This document shows, piece after piece, positions 39,705 to 51,201 of a stretch of DNA of 64,000 bases (the stretch's first letter is position 1; every line of letters begins with the position of its first letter). The translations under genes and the position numbers were made by a program. The stretch is from contig JAMPIM010000001.1 of NCBI GenBank assembly GCA_023662705.1, positions 32,216 through 96,215 on the forward strand. Reading direction: 5' to 3'. The notes under the pieces are model-generated. The model did no database searches. It was not told the DNA's origin and saw only the letters and a program-made list of their open reading frames with translations. The stretch is from Candidatus Gastranaerophilales bacterium. GTDB taxonomy: Bacteria; Cyanobacteriota; Vampirovibrionia; Gastranaerophilales; Gastranaerophilaceae.

Positions 39705-40689
39705 ACTGAATATAATGGTTGACGATATTTCGGATGAAGGAGTCGATTTTCATAATATTGAGCCTGTTGAAGATTTAGACGATGAAGAAAATATTTCTAT
39801 CGAAGAACCTAAGACTCAGGAAAGTTTAAATTCTGTAAATTCCGATGATTCTGTAAGAATTTATTTGCAGCAAATTGGTAAGATTCCGCTTCTTTCAGCA
39901 GAAGAAGAACTTGAAGTTGCTAAAAAAATCTATGACACTCAGAGCGAATTTGCAAGAAAAGTCTTGATTAATGCAAACTTAAGACTTGTTGTAAGTATTG
40001 CAAAGAAATATATAGGACGCGGATTATCTTTTCTTGATTTGATTCAGGAAGGTAATTTGGGTTTAATCAAAGCGACTGAAAAATTTGATTATACGAAAGG
40101 GTATAAGTTTTCGACTTATGCTACTTGGTGGGTTCAGCAGTCTATTACAAGAGCTATTGCTGATAAAGCAAGAATTATCAGACTTCCAATTCACTTGATT
40201 GAATCTATTAATAAGATTAAAAAAGCAACTGTTGATTTGACTACAGAACTCGGAAGAATTCCTAATAAACAGGAAATTGCAGATAAAATGGGCATTCCTG
40301 TTTCAAAATTGACGTCTATTATTAAATCAACTCAGTCTACTATCAGTATTGATACACCTACCGGTCAGAAAGATGATTCAAACAAAATTATTGATTATAT
40401 TGTGGATGAATCTACTCTTGCACCTGAATCATTAGTATCACAGGAAAGCTTATTGGATGATATTAAAACAATGTTAGACCAGTTGAGTCCGAAAGAGCGT
40501 GATGTGCTCATCTTGAGATTCGGTCTAAATAATAACGGAAACAAAAAAACACTTGATGAAATCGGCACAATTTACGGAGTTTCGCGTGAAAGAATTCGTC
40601 AGATTGAAAACAGAGCGATTTCTAAGTTGAAAAAATTATGTAAAAATAAGAATTTGACTTCGGGATTAAAAAATTATTTCGGAGAATAG
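39685..40689 (+). CDS. rpoD: RNA polymerase sigma-70 family factor (RpoD-like, group 1/2)
   Basis: Region 2 [32 protein letters not shown]. Region 4.2 [35 protein letters not shown] 9 nt upstream of the ATG at 39685. Confidence 0.8.
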   Translation: MVKQKDKLNIMVDDISDEGVDFHNIEPVEDLDDEENISIEEPKTQESLNSVNSDDSVRIYLQQIGKIPLLSAEEELEVAKKIYDTQSEFARKVLINANLRLVVSIAKKYIGRGLSFLDLIQEGNLGLIKATEKFDYTKGYKFSTYATWWVQQSITRAIADKARIIRLPIHLIESINKIKKATVDLTTELGRIPNKQEIADKMGIPVSKLTSIIKSTQSTISIDTPTGQKDDSNKIIDYIVDESTLAPESLVSQESLLDDIKTMLDQLSPKERDVLILRFGLNNNGNKKTLDEIGTIYGVSRERIRQIENRAISKLKKLCKNKNLTSGLKNYFGE

Positions 40690-40698
40690 GATAATATA

Positions 40699-42459
40699 AT
40701 GGCAGATTTAGATAGAATTACGGAACTGGTTGGAAATAAAGAGTTTGAAGAAGCAAAACCTTTGATAGAAGAGGCATTAAAAGAACTGCCTGAAAATATT
40801 GAATTGTTAAAATTGGCAGGTTTAACTGATGTTAATCTTCAATTGTGGTTCACTGCAAGAGGTCATTTTGAAACGGTTGTCAAATTTGAGCCTGAAGATG
40901 CGACTTCGTGGTTTTATCTTGCAAGCTGTTATGACAAACTTGCTGATCTTACTTCTGCTAAAAATGCTTATATTAAAGTGATTGAACTCCGCAATGAATA
41001 CATGGAAGCTTATCAGAGCCTCTGTATAATTCTTTTGAAAACCAACGAGCCTTTAGAAGCGGTAAAATATGCTCAAATGGCTTCTGAATTGGATAAAGAA
41101 AACTATATATATGACTTCATCATCGGTACAGCATATATGAAAAACAGAGATTTTAAAGAAGCACAAGCGCCTCTTGAGCGTGCATTGGAAAAATCTCCTG
41201 AAAACCTCGGAAATCTTAACAGTTTAGGTACTTGCTATATGGCTCTTGGTAAAAGCGAAGAAGCGATTACAACATATAAAAAAGCACTTGAACTAAATCC
41301 GAAAAGTGTTATGGCGTATTTTAATATCGGTTCGGCTTATCAAATTCAACAGAATCATGAAATGGCTTGCGAATATTTGCAAAAAGCTATAGATTTGGAA
41401 GAAGACGAAGGATTTATTACAGCTCTTGCTATGTCAGAAGTTAAACTCGGACGCTATGAAAGTGCTTTAAAACATTATAAACAGCTCGCTTTGATGTGTC
41501 CCGGGAAAGAAAATTTCAAATACAATATTGTAACCTGCTATGAAGCTCTCGGAGAGTTTCAGACAGCAATTAAAATGCTGGAAGAAATGGTTTATGTTAA
41601 CCCTAAATTTATCCTTCCTGCACAAAAACTTGCAAGTTTGTATATTAAAACAAATCAGCTTGATAAAGCTAAAAAGATTTATGATGATATTCTTTTGAAA
41701 AATAAAGTTTCAGCAGAAATTCTTCATCAGTATGCAATTCTTTCATCAAGTCTTTGCGATACAGATACTGCTGAAAAAATGCTTAAAAAAGTTATTCGTA
41801 TGAATCCTGAACTTGCGAAAGCTCACAAGGATTTGGGTATAATTTATTTGAACAAGCGTTTATTTGATTATGCAAGAGATGAGTTTGAAACAGCAATGAA
41901 GCTTGCTCCGAATGATTTTGAAATTCTTTTTGAATACGGAAATTTCTTGTATTCAATATCTGAAAACCTTGAAGCGGAAAGATATTACGCGGAAGCTCTT
42001 GAAGTTGAGCCTAAAAATGTTCTTGCGCTTACTTTCATGGCATTAAACAAACTTATTTTGAACCAGATAGATTCAGCTCATGATTACATTATGAAAGCGT
42101 TGAAGATTCAGCCTCATCATGAGTATGTTCAGTTCTGTGCAGGAAGAATTTTGTTTGCAAAACACGAATACGAGGATGCAAAAAGATACTTGGTCAGGGC
42201 AGTTGAGCAGAATCCTGATATCGAAACCCAAAATACACTTGCGCTTACGTATTTTGAACTTGGCGAGTATCAGAGCGCTTTGAATGTGTTTAAAAATATT
42301 TATGCAAAAAGTCCTAAGAGTGTATCTTTACTTATGCAGATTGCAAAATGTTATGAAGCGCTCAAAGATAACGACAGTGCTTTAGAATATCTTGATAAAG
42401 TAGTTGAAATCTTCCCTGAAAACGAAGATGCTCATGAGATGATAAGGCGTTTGTCTTAA
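40699..42459 (+). CDS. tetratricopeptide-repeat protein
   Basis: Multiple TPR units (W/Y-x-x-L/A-x-x-Y) throughout. Confidence 0.7.
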   Translation: MADLDRITELVGNKEFEEAKPLIEEALKELPENIELLKLAGLTDVNLQLWFTARGHFETVVKFEPEDATSWFYLASCYDKLADLTSAKNAYIKVIELRNEYMEAYQSLCIILLKTNEPLEAVKYAQMASELDKENYIYDFIIGTAYMKNRDFKEAQAPLERALEKSPENLGNLNSLGTCYMALGKSEEAITTYKKALELNPKSVMAYFNIGSAYQIQQNHEMACEYLQKAIDLEEDEGFITALAMSEVKLGRYESALKHYKQLALMCPGKENFKYNIVTCYEALGEFQTAIKMLEEMVYVNPKFILPAQKLASLYIKTNQLDKAKKIYDDILLKNKVSAEILHQYAILSSSLCDTDTAEKMLKKVIRMNPELAKAHKDLGIIYLNKRLFDYARDEFETAMKLAPNDFEILFEYGNFLYSISENLEAERYYAEALEVEPKNVLALTFMALNKLILNQIDSAHDYIMKALKIQPHHEYVQFCAGRILFAKHEYEDAKRYLVRAVEQNPDIETQNTLALTYFELGEYQSALNVFKNIYAKSPKSVSLLMQIAKCYEALKDNDSALEYLDKVVEIFPENEDAHEMIRRLS

Positions 42460-42478
42460 TAATTAGAGGAGATTTTTT

Positions 42479-43840
42479 ATGTCGATTTTTATAATGATAC
42501 TTTTATTGGGTTTATTAATTTTTGTACACGAAGCAGGTCATTTCTTTGCTGCACGTGCATTTGGGATAAAAGTAGAAAGATTCGGCTTCGGTCTTCCTTT
42601 TGGGCCAACGATTTTCAAAAAACAATGCGGTGATATAGAAGTTGTGGTTCATGCATTTTTGCTGGGCGGCTATGTTTCGTTCCCTGATGACGATAAGGAC
42701 TGTGATTTGCCTGCGGATTCAGAGGACAGATTTGCTAATAAACCGCTCTGGCAGCGAGCGATTGTTGTTTCGGCAGGGGTAATCGCAAATGTGCTTTGTG
42801 CTTTCTTGCTTGTTTTGTTCGTGGCTGCTTATTCAAAACACCTTCCGTCAGGTAATTACGAAATTTATGCGGGAGAAATCAGCGCACCTAAAGGCGCTAG
42901 TATTTGGGATTCAGGAATCAAAACAGGCGATAGAATCCTGAACGCTAACGGTACGGATGTTAATAATGCTTATACGTTTGTGACTATTGTTAAAAACAGT
43001 GCTAAGAATAACGGAATCGTTTCATTAGAAACTATTGATAAAAACTATGATTTATTAAAAGGTTTGAATCCGGGCTTAGAAAAAGATGAAATTATTCCTG
43101 AAGAATTATCTGTAAGATTACCGGAAGGACCTGTTGCTGACATTATTTCAATGGATAAATATGCAGCTAAGGGAGCTAAATATTTTAAGAAAAACGGTAT
43201 TAAAATCGATGATAATATACAATCTCTTAAAAAAGAAATTGGAAACAAAACGGTTTATATTTCAAACGGAAAATATTCTTTGTATGACTTGGCAAAAGCA
43301 ATTTCAGATGGGAATCATCCGATAAATATTATTGTTGCTCGTGACGGACAAGAGGTTAAGCTGAATCCGATTTATCCTGATGAAAAAGGTTTGATTGGTT
43401 TGGGGCTGGCTTCTAAGCAAACTCTTGTAGATACAAAAACCCCTGTGGCTATGATTAAAGAAAGTAATCATTATTTGTGGGATAACACTGCAACAATGGT
43501 TTACTCATTGGGTCAGTTGTTTACAGGTAATATTCCGATGAAAGATTTGCACGGTGTTGTTGCGATTACTAAAATCGGCGGTGATATGATTGATAAAGCA
43601 GGAAAATCTTCAGGGATTTTGCTTGCAGCACTTATTTCCATGAACCTTGCGATTCTTAATATTTTACCTATTCCTGCACTTGATGGCGGGCATTTGATGT
43701 TTATGCTTGCAGAAAAAATTATGGGTAAACCGCTTGATGAAAAAATTATTGAGAAAATCTCTTCTGTATTTTTCTCTTTACTGATTCTATTGATGATATT
43801 CGTTATATTTAATGACATAATCTTGTTAATATCTAAATAG
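42479..43840 (+). CDS. rseP: RIP metalloprotease RseP (site-2 protease)
   Basis: HEAGHFFAAR HExxH in the first TM. PDZ region. C-terminal LDGG motif. Confidence 0.85.
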   Translation: MSIFIMILLLGLLIFVHEAGHFFAARAFGIKVERFGFGLPFGPTIFKKQCGDIEVVVHAFLLGGYVSFPDDDKDCDLPADSEDRFANKPLWQRAIVVSAGVIANVLCAFLLVLFVAAYSKHLPSGNYEIYAGEISAPKGASIWDSGIKTGDRILNANGTDVNNAYTFVTIVKNSAKNNGIVSLETIDKNYDLLKGLNPGLEKDEIIPEELSVRLPEGPVADIISMDKYAAKGAKYFKKNGIKIDDNIQSLKKEIGNKTVYISNGKYSLYDLAKAISDGNHPINIIVARDGQEVKLNPIYPDEKGLIGLGLASKQTLVDTKTPVAMIKESNHYLWDNTATMVYSLGQLFTGNIPMKDLHGVVAITKIGGDMIDKAGKSSGILLAALISMNLAILNILPIPALDGGHLMFMLAEKIMGKPLDEKIIEKISSVFFSLLILLMIFVIFNDIILLISK

Positions 43841-43887
43841 ATAACTGTCTAATTGAGATTATTGATAAAACTTTTCATAATCTGGTT

Positions 43888-45237
43888 ATGAAAATAGTTA
43901 TTATAGGCGGTGTTGCAGCGGGTGCTAAGGCTGCGGCAAAAGCAAAAAGAATGCTTCCTGATTCGGAAGTTCATATTTATACACAAGATACTCACGTTTC
44001 ATATTCAGCTTGCGGTCTTCCTTATTATATTGAAGGAAACTTTCAGGATTGGCAGAAACTCATTGTGCGCTCAGCCGAAGAGTTTGAAAAAAGCGGAATA
44101 AATATTCATTTGCAAAACAGGGTTACAAAAATTCTGCCTGTTGATAAAAAGGTAATGGTAAGAAACCTCAAAACGGATGAAACAAGTTTTGTAACGTATG
44201 ACAAACTTGTTATTGCAACGGGGGCTGCTCCTGATATGTCAGCTTTTCCGGAGATTAAGCTGAAAAATATTTATAATCTTAGAACTTTGGAAGATGGTGT
44301 TGCTATCCGCGAGACAATGGAAAAAGTTCAGAATATTACAATAATCGGCGGCGGGTACATCAGTATTGAGCTTTTAGAGGCTTTTGTTCGTAACGGTAAA
44401 AATGTTACACTGGTGGAACGAGCTCCATTTATTCTTTCTGTGTTTGACGAGGACATTTCTACTCTGATTCAGGACTATATTATTGAAAATTCTGACGGCA
44501 GAGTTAAACTCATTACGGATGATGTTGTGAGTGAATTTCTCGGGGAAGATGAAGTTAAAGGTGCATTAACGCTTAAAGGTTCAGGATTTGAGACTGAAAT
44601 GGTAGTTATTTCGGCAGGTGTAAGACCTGTTGTTGATATAGCTCAGGATGCGGGCATAACACTTGGTATAACAGGAGCAATCAAGGTTAACAGCAGGATG
44701 CAGACGAATATTCCTGATATTTATGCCTGCGGTGATTGTACAGAGAAAGTGAATGTAATATCGAATACTCCAATGTGGATTCCGCTCGGTTCAACTGCTA
44801 ATAAAGAGGGGCGTGTTGCCGCAGTAAACCTTTGCGGAGGAAGTGAAGATTTTGAAGGTGTTCTGGGTTCGGCGGTTACAAGATATTTGGATTTGAATAT
44901 CTCGATGAGCGGATTATCCGAAAAACTTGCACAAAAATTGGGCTATGATACGGTTTCAGTTGTTGTAACTAAGAGGGATAAAGCGGGTTATATGCCTGAG
45001 GTGGAAAATATTACGCTTAAACTTGTTGCTGACAGACGTTCGCACAGAATGCTCGGGATTCAGGCAATAGGCTGCGGCGATGCTGATAAGAAGGTTAATA
45101 CCCTTTCTGTCGGTCTTGCAGAAAGAATTACCGTTGAAGGTTTGCTTGATGTTGATTTGACTTATTCTCCGCCGTTTTCAACCAGTGTGGATATTTTACA
45201 TTCGGCAGCAAGAATTTTGAAGTCAAAGTTGAATTAA
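43888..45237 (+). CDS. CoA-disulfide reductase / NADH oxidase family flavoprotein
   Basis: FAD motif IVIIGGVAAG. Redox-active Cys in SYSACGLPYYIEG. Second NAD(P) Rossmann fold ITIIGGGYISIE. Confidence 0.75.
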   Translation: MKIVIIGGVAAGAKAAAKAKRMLPDSEVHIYTQDTHVSYSACGLPYYIEGNFQDWQKLIVRSAEEFEKSGINIHLQNRVTKILPVDKKVMVRNLKTDETSFVTYDKLVIATGAAPDMSAFPEIKLKNIYNLRTLEDGVAIRETMEKVQNITIIGGGYISIELLEAFVRNGKNVTLVERAPFILSVFDEDISTLIQDYIIENSDGRVKLITDDVVSEFLGEDEVKGALTLKGSGFETEMVVISAGVRPVVDIAQDAGITLGITGAIKVNSRMQTNIPDIYACGDCTEKVNVISNTPMWIPLGSTANKEGRVAAVNLCGGSEDFEGVLGSAVTRYLDLNISMSGLSEKLAQKLGYDTVSVVVTKRDKAGYMPEVENITLKLVADRRSHRMLGIQAIGCGDADKKVNTLSVGLAERITVEGLLDVDLTYSPPFSTSVDILHSAARILKSKLN

Positions 45238-45292
45238 GCAACCCACTCGTAACAGATTGTAGTCTTACTCTGGACTCGTCCGACCCTTGTTA
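45238..45292 (+). repeat. GC-rich 3'-UTR element copy B, immediately after the stop codon of the 43888-45237 gene
   Basis: TAA-GCAACCCACTCGTAACAGATTGTAGTCTTACTCTGGACTCGTCCGACCCTTGTTA. The 3' CGTCCGACCCTTGTTA is identical to copy A. An intrinsic terminator follows at 45303-45331. Confidence 0.4.
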
Positions 45293-45423
45293 TAAAATAA
45301 AAAAGGCTCATTGATGTTGAGCCGTTTTTTATCCTAATTTTCCCTATTTTCCTTTTTCCGCTTGTGAGTAGATATAATATCGTTCGATATTATATTACCT
45401 TATCCAATTTTATTTGCAACACG

Positions 45424-45612
45424 CTAGTCCAGTAATGCTTCCAGAATAGCAGCGTTTTTGGTAGCAATTGAAGATGATTTCACTCTGCTTTTATACATGT
45501 AGCTTCTTAGCGCTTCACGAATCAATTCTGAACGTGTACGGTTTTCGCCTTCTGCTACTTGATCGATTTTGTCTAAAAATTCTTCCGGCATGGAAATCAA
45601 AACTCTTGCCAT
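45424..45612 (-). CDS. ribbon-helix-helix (CopG family) DNA-binding protein, copy 2
   Basis: MARVLISMPEEFLDKIDQVAEGENRTRSELIREALRSY is about 60% identical to the 33541 protein. Stand-alone gene. Confidence 0.7.
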   Translation of the reverse strand: MARVLISMPEEFLDKIDQVAEGENRTRSELIREALRSYMYKSRVKSSSIATKNAAILEALLD

Positions 45613-45777
45613 TTATGTCTCCTTTTTTAATTATTATTGATTAAGTGATATCTGATAATATCCTTTGTATATATATTAAGTCTTCAAGATAAAAAAAATT
45701 GCCTTTTTTATTTTGTTTTATTAAGTTTTGTAAACAAAACCTTAAATATCCCGTAGAAACTAAGTTATAATAAATAT

Positions 45778-46248
45778 ATGAATATTGCAATTTATCCGGG
45801 GAGTTTTGACCCGATTACAAACGGACATTTGGATATATTAAAAAACGGCGCAGAAATATTTGATAAGGTTATTGTAGCTGTTTCTTATAATGTTAATAAG
45901 CAGGGATTTTTGCCTGTGGAAACTCGTTTGGAACTTATCAGACAATGTGTTTCGGAGTTTAAGAATGTCGAAGTGGATTCTTATGAAGGGTTTACGGTTG
46001 ATTACGCTAAACAAAAGGGTGCAAGTGTGATTTTGCGCGGATTGCGTAATCAGAATGACTTTGAGTATGAGCTTCAAATTTCGCAGACCAATAATGCTTT
46101 GTGCAGTGATATTAAGACGGTGTTTTTGATTACAAAACCTGAATACGGTTATATTTCATCTTCTATGGTGAGAGAAGTATTTGCTTTTAAGGGCGATGTT
46201 TCAAAATTTGTTCCTAAAGCTGTTAATGATTACTTAAAAGCTCAATAA
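45778..46248 (+). CDS. coaD: phosphopantetheine adenylyltransferase CoaD
   Basis: IAIYPGSFDPITNGHLDIL H-x-G-H nucleotidyltransferase motif. About 156 aa. Confidence 0.9.
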   Translation: MNIAIYPGSFDPITNGHLDILKNGAEIFDKVIVAVSYNVNKQGFLPVETRLELIRQCVSEFKNVEVDSYEGFTVDYAKQKGASVILRGLRNQNDFEYELQISQTNNALCSDIKTVFLITKPEYGYISSSMVREVFAFKGDVSKFVPKAVNDYLKAQ

Positions 46249-47494
46249 TACGTTCGAATTTCATACTTCGAGATGCTTTTAGGAAGATTTTTGTATCTTT
46301 TGATATGTTGTTTTTGATGTATTCGGAAACTTCTTCTACTGTGTCAAAATGTTTTGCGTTTGCAATGTTCTTTGACAGTTCTCCGACGGTTAAAACTGTT
46401 GTTATTCCTTTTGATTGAATGTAATCGCCGAGTTCTTTGTGGTATTTAATCTCATTTTCTCCAAGTTCGCCCATGTCTCCGAGAACTATTGCATAATCTT
46501 TATATAATTCAAAAATTGTATCAATGAATGCGCGCATTGATTCAGGGTTTGCGTTGTAGCTGTCGTTGATTATTTCATATCCGCCTGCGTTAACTGATTC
46601 CCAGCGTTTTTCGATTGGTTTGTAATTCTTTAAACCTGATTGAGTTTCATTAAGGCTCAAACCTAGTTTTTCTCCGCAATTAATAGCACTCAATGCGTTT
46701 TCGATATTATAATCTCCGCCTACATTGAGTTCATAAATATTATTATGATATTCAAATTTTGAATAATGAGTTCCTTTTTCAAGGATTTTTACATCGTTAA
46801 TGGAGTAGAAAATCTTTTCTCCGTCAAATTCTACAGTGTTTTTGATTAAATCATCATTATGAGCAATAAAAATGTTTCCTCGCTGGTGTTTAACAATTTC
46901 GCATTTAGCTTTAGCAATGTTTTCGCGGCTGCCTAAACGTCCTATGTGCGCGGTTCCTACGTTTGAAATAATAGTGATATCAGGCTCTGCGTATTTTGAG
47001 AGTAATTCGATTTCACCCAAACCTCTCATTCCCATTTCAAGAACAAGGACTTCTGTGTCGTCAGGGGTTTCAAAGATTGTCTGGCAGAAGCCTATTTCGT
47101 TATTGTGATTCAAAGGAGTTTTGAATGTTTTGAATTTTGAAGCGAGGGTTGATGCAACAAGTTCTTTTGTTGTTGTTTTTCCTGAACTTCCTGTAATCGC
47201 AACTACTGTAAAATTAAGTTTTCTGCGTCTGTAGTTAGCAAGTTGAAGATACGCTTCAAGAGTGTTTTCTACCAGAAGGGTTCCGCCTTCTTTTGTGCAA
47301 AAAGCTCCGACAGCGCCTTTTTCAAGTGCCTGATTGATAAATTTTTCGCCGTCAAACAATGCACCTTTTAGAGGCAGATAAAAATCTCCTTCCTGTATGG
47401 TTCTTGTGTCTGTGGAAATTCTTACATCCAAATCTTCATTAATTTCTTTTAAAACTTTAGCGCCTGTGGCTTCAATAATCTCTCTTATTTTCAT
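46223..47494 (-). CDS. murF: UDP-N-acetylmuramoyl-tripeptide--D-alanyl-D-alanine ligase MurF
   Basis: Mur ligase ATP site VVAITGSSGKTTTKE. Middle and C-terminal Mur ligase domains present. Confidence 0.9.
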   Translation of the reverse strand: MKIREIIEATGAKVLKEINEDLDVRISTDTRTIQEGDFYLPLKGALFDGEKFINQALEKGAVGAFCTKEGGTLLVENTLEAYLQLANYRRRKLNFTVVAITGSSGKTTTKELVASTLASKFKTFKTPLNHNNEIGFCQTIFETPDDTEVLVLEMGMRGLGEIELLSKYAEPDITIISNVGTAHIGRLGSRENIAKAKCEIVKHQRGNIFIAHNDDLIKNTVEFDGEKIFYSINDVKILEKGTHYSKFEYHNNIYELNVGGDYNIENALSAINCGEKLGLSLNETQSGLKNYKPIEKRWESVNAGGYEIINDSYNANPESMRAFIDTIFELYKDYAIVLGDMGELGENEIKYHKELGDYIQSKGITTVLTVGELSKNIANAKHFDTVEEVSEYIKNNISKDTKIFLKASRSMKFERIIELLSNH

Positions 47495-47536
47495 AAGATT
47501 ATTATATGTCGAATGTTTTTGGGTTACAATTGTTTT

Positions 47537-48865
47537 ATGAATATTTTAGAAGAATTTGACACAATTGCAGCAATTGCGACTCCATTAGGAACAGGCGGAG
47601 TTGGAGTTATCAGAATTTCAGGCGCTCAGGCGTTTGAAATCATTGAAAAGATTTTTACAAATCCTAATTTTGAGCCGAGAAAATTTAATCTTGGCTGGAT
47701 AAAAGACGGTGAAACACGTATTGATGAAGTACTTGTGCTTCCTTTCTTTGCACCAAACAGCTATACAGGAGAAAATGTTGTTGAAATCCAGTGCCACGGC
47801 GGGATTAATATAGTTAAAAACATTCTCAATCTTGTGCTTAAAAACGGTGCAAGAATGGCTGAGAAGGGCGAGTTTACCAAACGCGCATTTTTGAATAAAC
47901 GTATGGATTTGTCTCAGGCGGAGGCGGTTGCGGATATTATTCACGCACAGACTTCAAATTTTGCAAAAGTTTCTGTTAAGAACCTTTCAGGCGTTTTGAA
48001 AGAAAAGATTAACGATATCAGAAATGATATCTTTGAAGTACTTTCAAAGATAACTGCGGGAATTGATTTCCCTGAGGATGTCAAAGAACCTGAATATTCT
48101 TATTTGATTGAAAGATTTGAAAATATAATTACCCAAATCGATTCTGTTTTATCGGATGCGAATGCTTCAAACATAATGAGACAAGGAATTTCTGTTGCGA
48201 TTGTAGGAAAACCGAATGTCGGAAAATCTTCGCTTTTCAATTCGCTATTGAGTCTTGATAGAGCGATTGTAACTGATATTGCAGGTACAACGAGAGATGT
48301 TCTTAAGGAAACTCTTGATTTGGGTGTACCTGTAACATTGATTGATACGGCAGGGATTCGTGAAAGTCAGGATAAGGTTGAAGAAATCGGGGTTGAATAT
48401 TCCAAACAGTCTTTGAATGAAGCTGATGTTGTGCTTTTTGTATATGATTCAGCTCAAGGGATTCAAGCGGAAGATAAGGAAATTTTGGATTTAATTCAGG
48501 ATAAAAACCATATTATGATTGCAAACAAATGTGATTTGTCTGATGAAAGAAAAGACGATGTGGTTTATATTTCAGCTTTAACCGGTGAGGGGATTGATGA
48601 TTTGAAAAAGACTCTTACTAAAAAAGTTTGTGATATTGAGCCTGAAAATCTTGAGTTTGTTACAAATTCGCGCCAGCAGGTTTGTTTAAATCGTGCAAAA
48701 TCTGCATTAGACCAAGCATTATTAGCTTCGCAGGTAAGAGAATTGCAGGATTTGATTTCAATTGACGTAAAATCTGCTATACTTGCTTTAGATGAGATTA
48801 CAGGCGAATTAATAACTGATGATATTTTAGATAACATTTTCGAACATTTTTGTATCGGAAAATAA
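47537..48865 (+). CDS. mnmE: tRNA modification GTPase MnmE
   Basis: G-domain GKPNVGKSSLFNSLL. DTAGIRE. C-terminal CIGK. The start is probably the internal M (MNILEEFDTIAAIATP). Confidence 0.9.
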   Translation: MNILEEFDTIAAIATPLGTGGVGVIRISGAQAFEIIEKIFTNPNFEPRKFNLGWIKDGETRIDEVLVLPFFAPNSYTGENVVEIQCHGGINIVKNILNLVLKNGARMAEKGEFTKRAFLNKRMDLSQAEAVADIIHAQTSNFAKVSVKNLSGVLKEKINDIRNDIFEVLSKITAGIDFPEDVKEPEYSYLIERFENIITQIDSVLSDANASNIMRQGISVAIVGKPNVGKSSLFNSLLSLDRAIVTDIAGTTRDVLKETLDLGVPVTLIDTAGIRESQDKVEEIGVEYSKQSLNEADVVLFVYDSAQGIQAEDKEILDLIQDKNHIMIANKCDLSDERKDDVVYISALTGEGIDDLKKTLTKKVCDIEPENLEFVTNSRQQVCLNRAKSALDQALLASQVRELQDLISIDVKSAILALDEITGELITDDILDNIFEHFCIGK

Positions 48866-48880
48866 AAATAGGAGAGATGA

Positions 48881-50140
48881 ATGGAAAAATTAAGGATTGG
48901 TTTAATCGGACTCGGAACTGTAGGTTCAGGTGTTTACAAGAGCTTGCAGAACTTTGACAATGTGGAAGTTGTTAAAATTGCGGTTAGAAATATCACGAAA
49001 CCGCGTTCGGTAGAAGTTCCGACGACCATCCTGACCGATAATCCTTATGATGTTGTCAATGACCCGTCTATTGATGTTGTTGTTGAGCTTATGGGCGGGG
49101 TAGAACCTGCTTGGGATTATATTAAAACAGCACTTGAAAACGGAAAACACATTGTTACTGCGAATAAAGAGCTTCTTGCTAAAAAAGGCGAAGAGTTGTT
49201 CAATCTTTCAGAAGAACACAACAGAGTTGTTCTTTATGAAGCAGCTATTGCAGGCGGTATTCCTATTATTATGCCTATAAAAACAATTCTTGCAGGAAAT
49301 AAAATTCATAAGATTCAGGCTATCTTAAATGGTACAACAAATTATATTTTGACTAAGATGGATACTGATGGAGCATCTTATGAAGATGTTTTGAAAGAAG
49401 CGCAGGCATTGGGCTATGCTGAAACAGATCCTACAGGTGATGTTGAAGGATTTGATGCCGCTTATAAAATTACAACTCTGGCAACAATCGCATTCAACGC
49501 AAGAGCTAAGTTTGAAAATGTTTATAGAGAAGGGATTACAAAAATCCGCAAGGAAGATATTCAAAGAGCAAACGAGCTCGGATACAAAATTAAACTTATT
49601 GCATCTGCAACAATTGATGAAAACAACAATGCAGATGTTCGTGTCCATCCGATGCTTGTTCCTAAGGCAAATATGTTAGCGCATATTGACTATGTTACAA
49701 ATGCAGTTTTAATCACCGGACATCCGATTGGAAGTATTGTTCTTTCAGGCCCTGGAGCAGGTGAATTCCCAACTGCAAGTTCCGTTATTGGCGATATCTT
49801 AGCGATTGCAAGAGAATATAAAACAACGGATTATCTGCTTCCGATGATGAGATGTCATCACCATTCAACAGCTAATCCTGTAAAGATTGAAGATACTTAT
49901 AACAAATATTATCTTTCAATCACTGCGCCGAATGCTATCGGTGTAATCGCAAAAATCGGTACAATCTGCGCAAGCAAAGACATAAGTCTTTCAAGTATTC
50001 TTCAAAAAGGTGTTGAAGTAAATAATACCGCAGAAATTACCGTTATTACGGAAAAATGTCTTGAAAGAAAAATCCGCGAGGTTGTTGCTGAACTTGACGG
50101 ATGTGAAATTAAGAGCTTAATCAGAGTTATGGAGGGTTAA
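48881..50140 (+). CDS. hom: homoserine dehydrogenase
   Basis: NAD-binding [12 protein letters not shown]. Catalytic domain. C-terminal ACT domain. Confidence 0.9.
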   Translation: MEKLRIGLIGLGTVGSGVYKSLQNFDNVEVVKIAVRNITKPRSVEVPTTILTDNPYDVVNDPSIDVVVELMGGVEPAWDYIKTALENGKHIVTANKELLAKKGEELFNLSEEHNRVVLYEAAIAGGIPIIMPIKTILAGNKIHKIQAILNGTTNYILTKMDTDGASYEDVLKEAQALGYAETDPTGDVEGFDAAYKITTLATIAFNARAKFENVYREGITKIRKEDIQRANELGYKIKLIASATIDENNNADVRVHPMLVPKANMLAHIDYVTNAVLITGHPIGSIVLSGPGAGEFPTASSVIGDILAIAREYKTTDYLLPMMRCHHHSTANPVKIEDTYNKYYLSITAPNAIGVIAKIGTICASKDISLSSILQKGVEVNNTAEITVITEKCLERKIREVVAELDGCEIKSLIRVMEG

Positions 50141-50141
50141 A

Positions 50142-51200
50142 ATGTATTACCAAGGATTAATTAATAAATATAGAAAATACTTACCAGTAACAGATTCAAC
50201 TCCTGTTGTAACTCTTAATGAAGGAAACACTCCGTTAATCAAAGCTGATAATCTTGCGAAAAAAATCGGTTTGGATTGTAATATATACTTGAAATTTGAA
50301 GGATGCAACCCTACAGGTAGCTTTAAAGACCGCGGTATGACAATGGCAGTGACGAAGGCAAAAGAAGCAGGGGCTAATGCTATTATTTGCGCTTCAACTG
50401 GTAATACCTCAGCTTCTGCGGCAGCTTATGGCGCAAAAGCAGGACTAAAAACATTTGTACTTATTCCTGACGGATATATTGCATTAGGCAAGCTTTCTCA
50501 GGCTATGATGTACGGAGCAGAAATTATTGCTATTCAAGGTAACTTTGATGAAGCGCTTGAATGCGTTCGTGCAATTTCTGATACTCATCCGATTACGCTT
50601 GTTAACTCAGTTAACCCATATAGAATCGAAGGTCAAAAAACAGGTGCGTTTGAAGTTTGTGATGCGTTAGGTAAAGCGCCTGAATATCACTTTATACCTG
50701 TCGGTAATGCGGGTAATATTACAGCTTACTGGAAAGGTTACAAAGAATATTTCCAAGAAGGTGTTGTGAAGAACTTACCTCAAATGATGGGCTATGAGGC
50801 AGAAGGCTCTGCCGCAATTGTTCGCGGAGAAAGAATTCTAAAACCTGAAACATTAGCAACCGCAATCAGAATCGGTAATCCTGCAAGCTGGAAACAGGCA
50901 GAAGCAGCACGCGATGAAAGCAAAGGTAAAATCGGATGTGTGTCTGATGAAAAAATCGTTGAAGCTTATAAAATGTTAGCATCGACAGAAGGCGTGCTTT
51001 GTGAGCCTGCAAGTGCTGCATCAGTGGCAGGGCTTATTCAAGCTCATGCTCAAGGGCTTGTTAAACAAGGTTCTGACATTGTTTGTGTGCTTACAGGCAA
51101 CGGTTTGAAAGACCCTGACAATGCGATTAAATATTCAAATTCCGATGTTAAGAAAACAAGTTCAGAGTTGAAAGATGTACTTAAAGTAATGGGATTTTAA
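50142..51200 (+). CDS. thrC: threonine synthase
   Basis: PLP-lysine motif GSFKDRGMT. About 352 aa. Confidence 0.9.
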   Translation: MYYQGLINKYRKYLPVTDSTPVVTLNEGNTPLIKADNLAKKIGLDCNIYLKFEGCNPTGSFKDRGMTMAVTKAKEAGANAIICASTGNTSASAAAYGAKAGLKTFVLIPDGYIALGKLSQAMMYGAEIIAIQGNFDEALECVRAISDTHPITLVNSVNPYRIEGQKTGAFEVCDALGKAPEYHFIPVGNAGNITAYWKGYKEYFQEGVVKNLPQMMGYEAEGSAAIVRGERILKPETLATAIRIGNPASWKQAEAARDESKGKIGCVSDEKIVEAYKMLASTEGVLCEPASAASVAGLIQAHAQGLVKQGSDIVCVLTGNGLKDPDNAIKYSNSDVKKTSSELKDVLKVMGF

Positions 51201-51201
51201 T

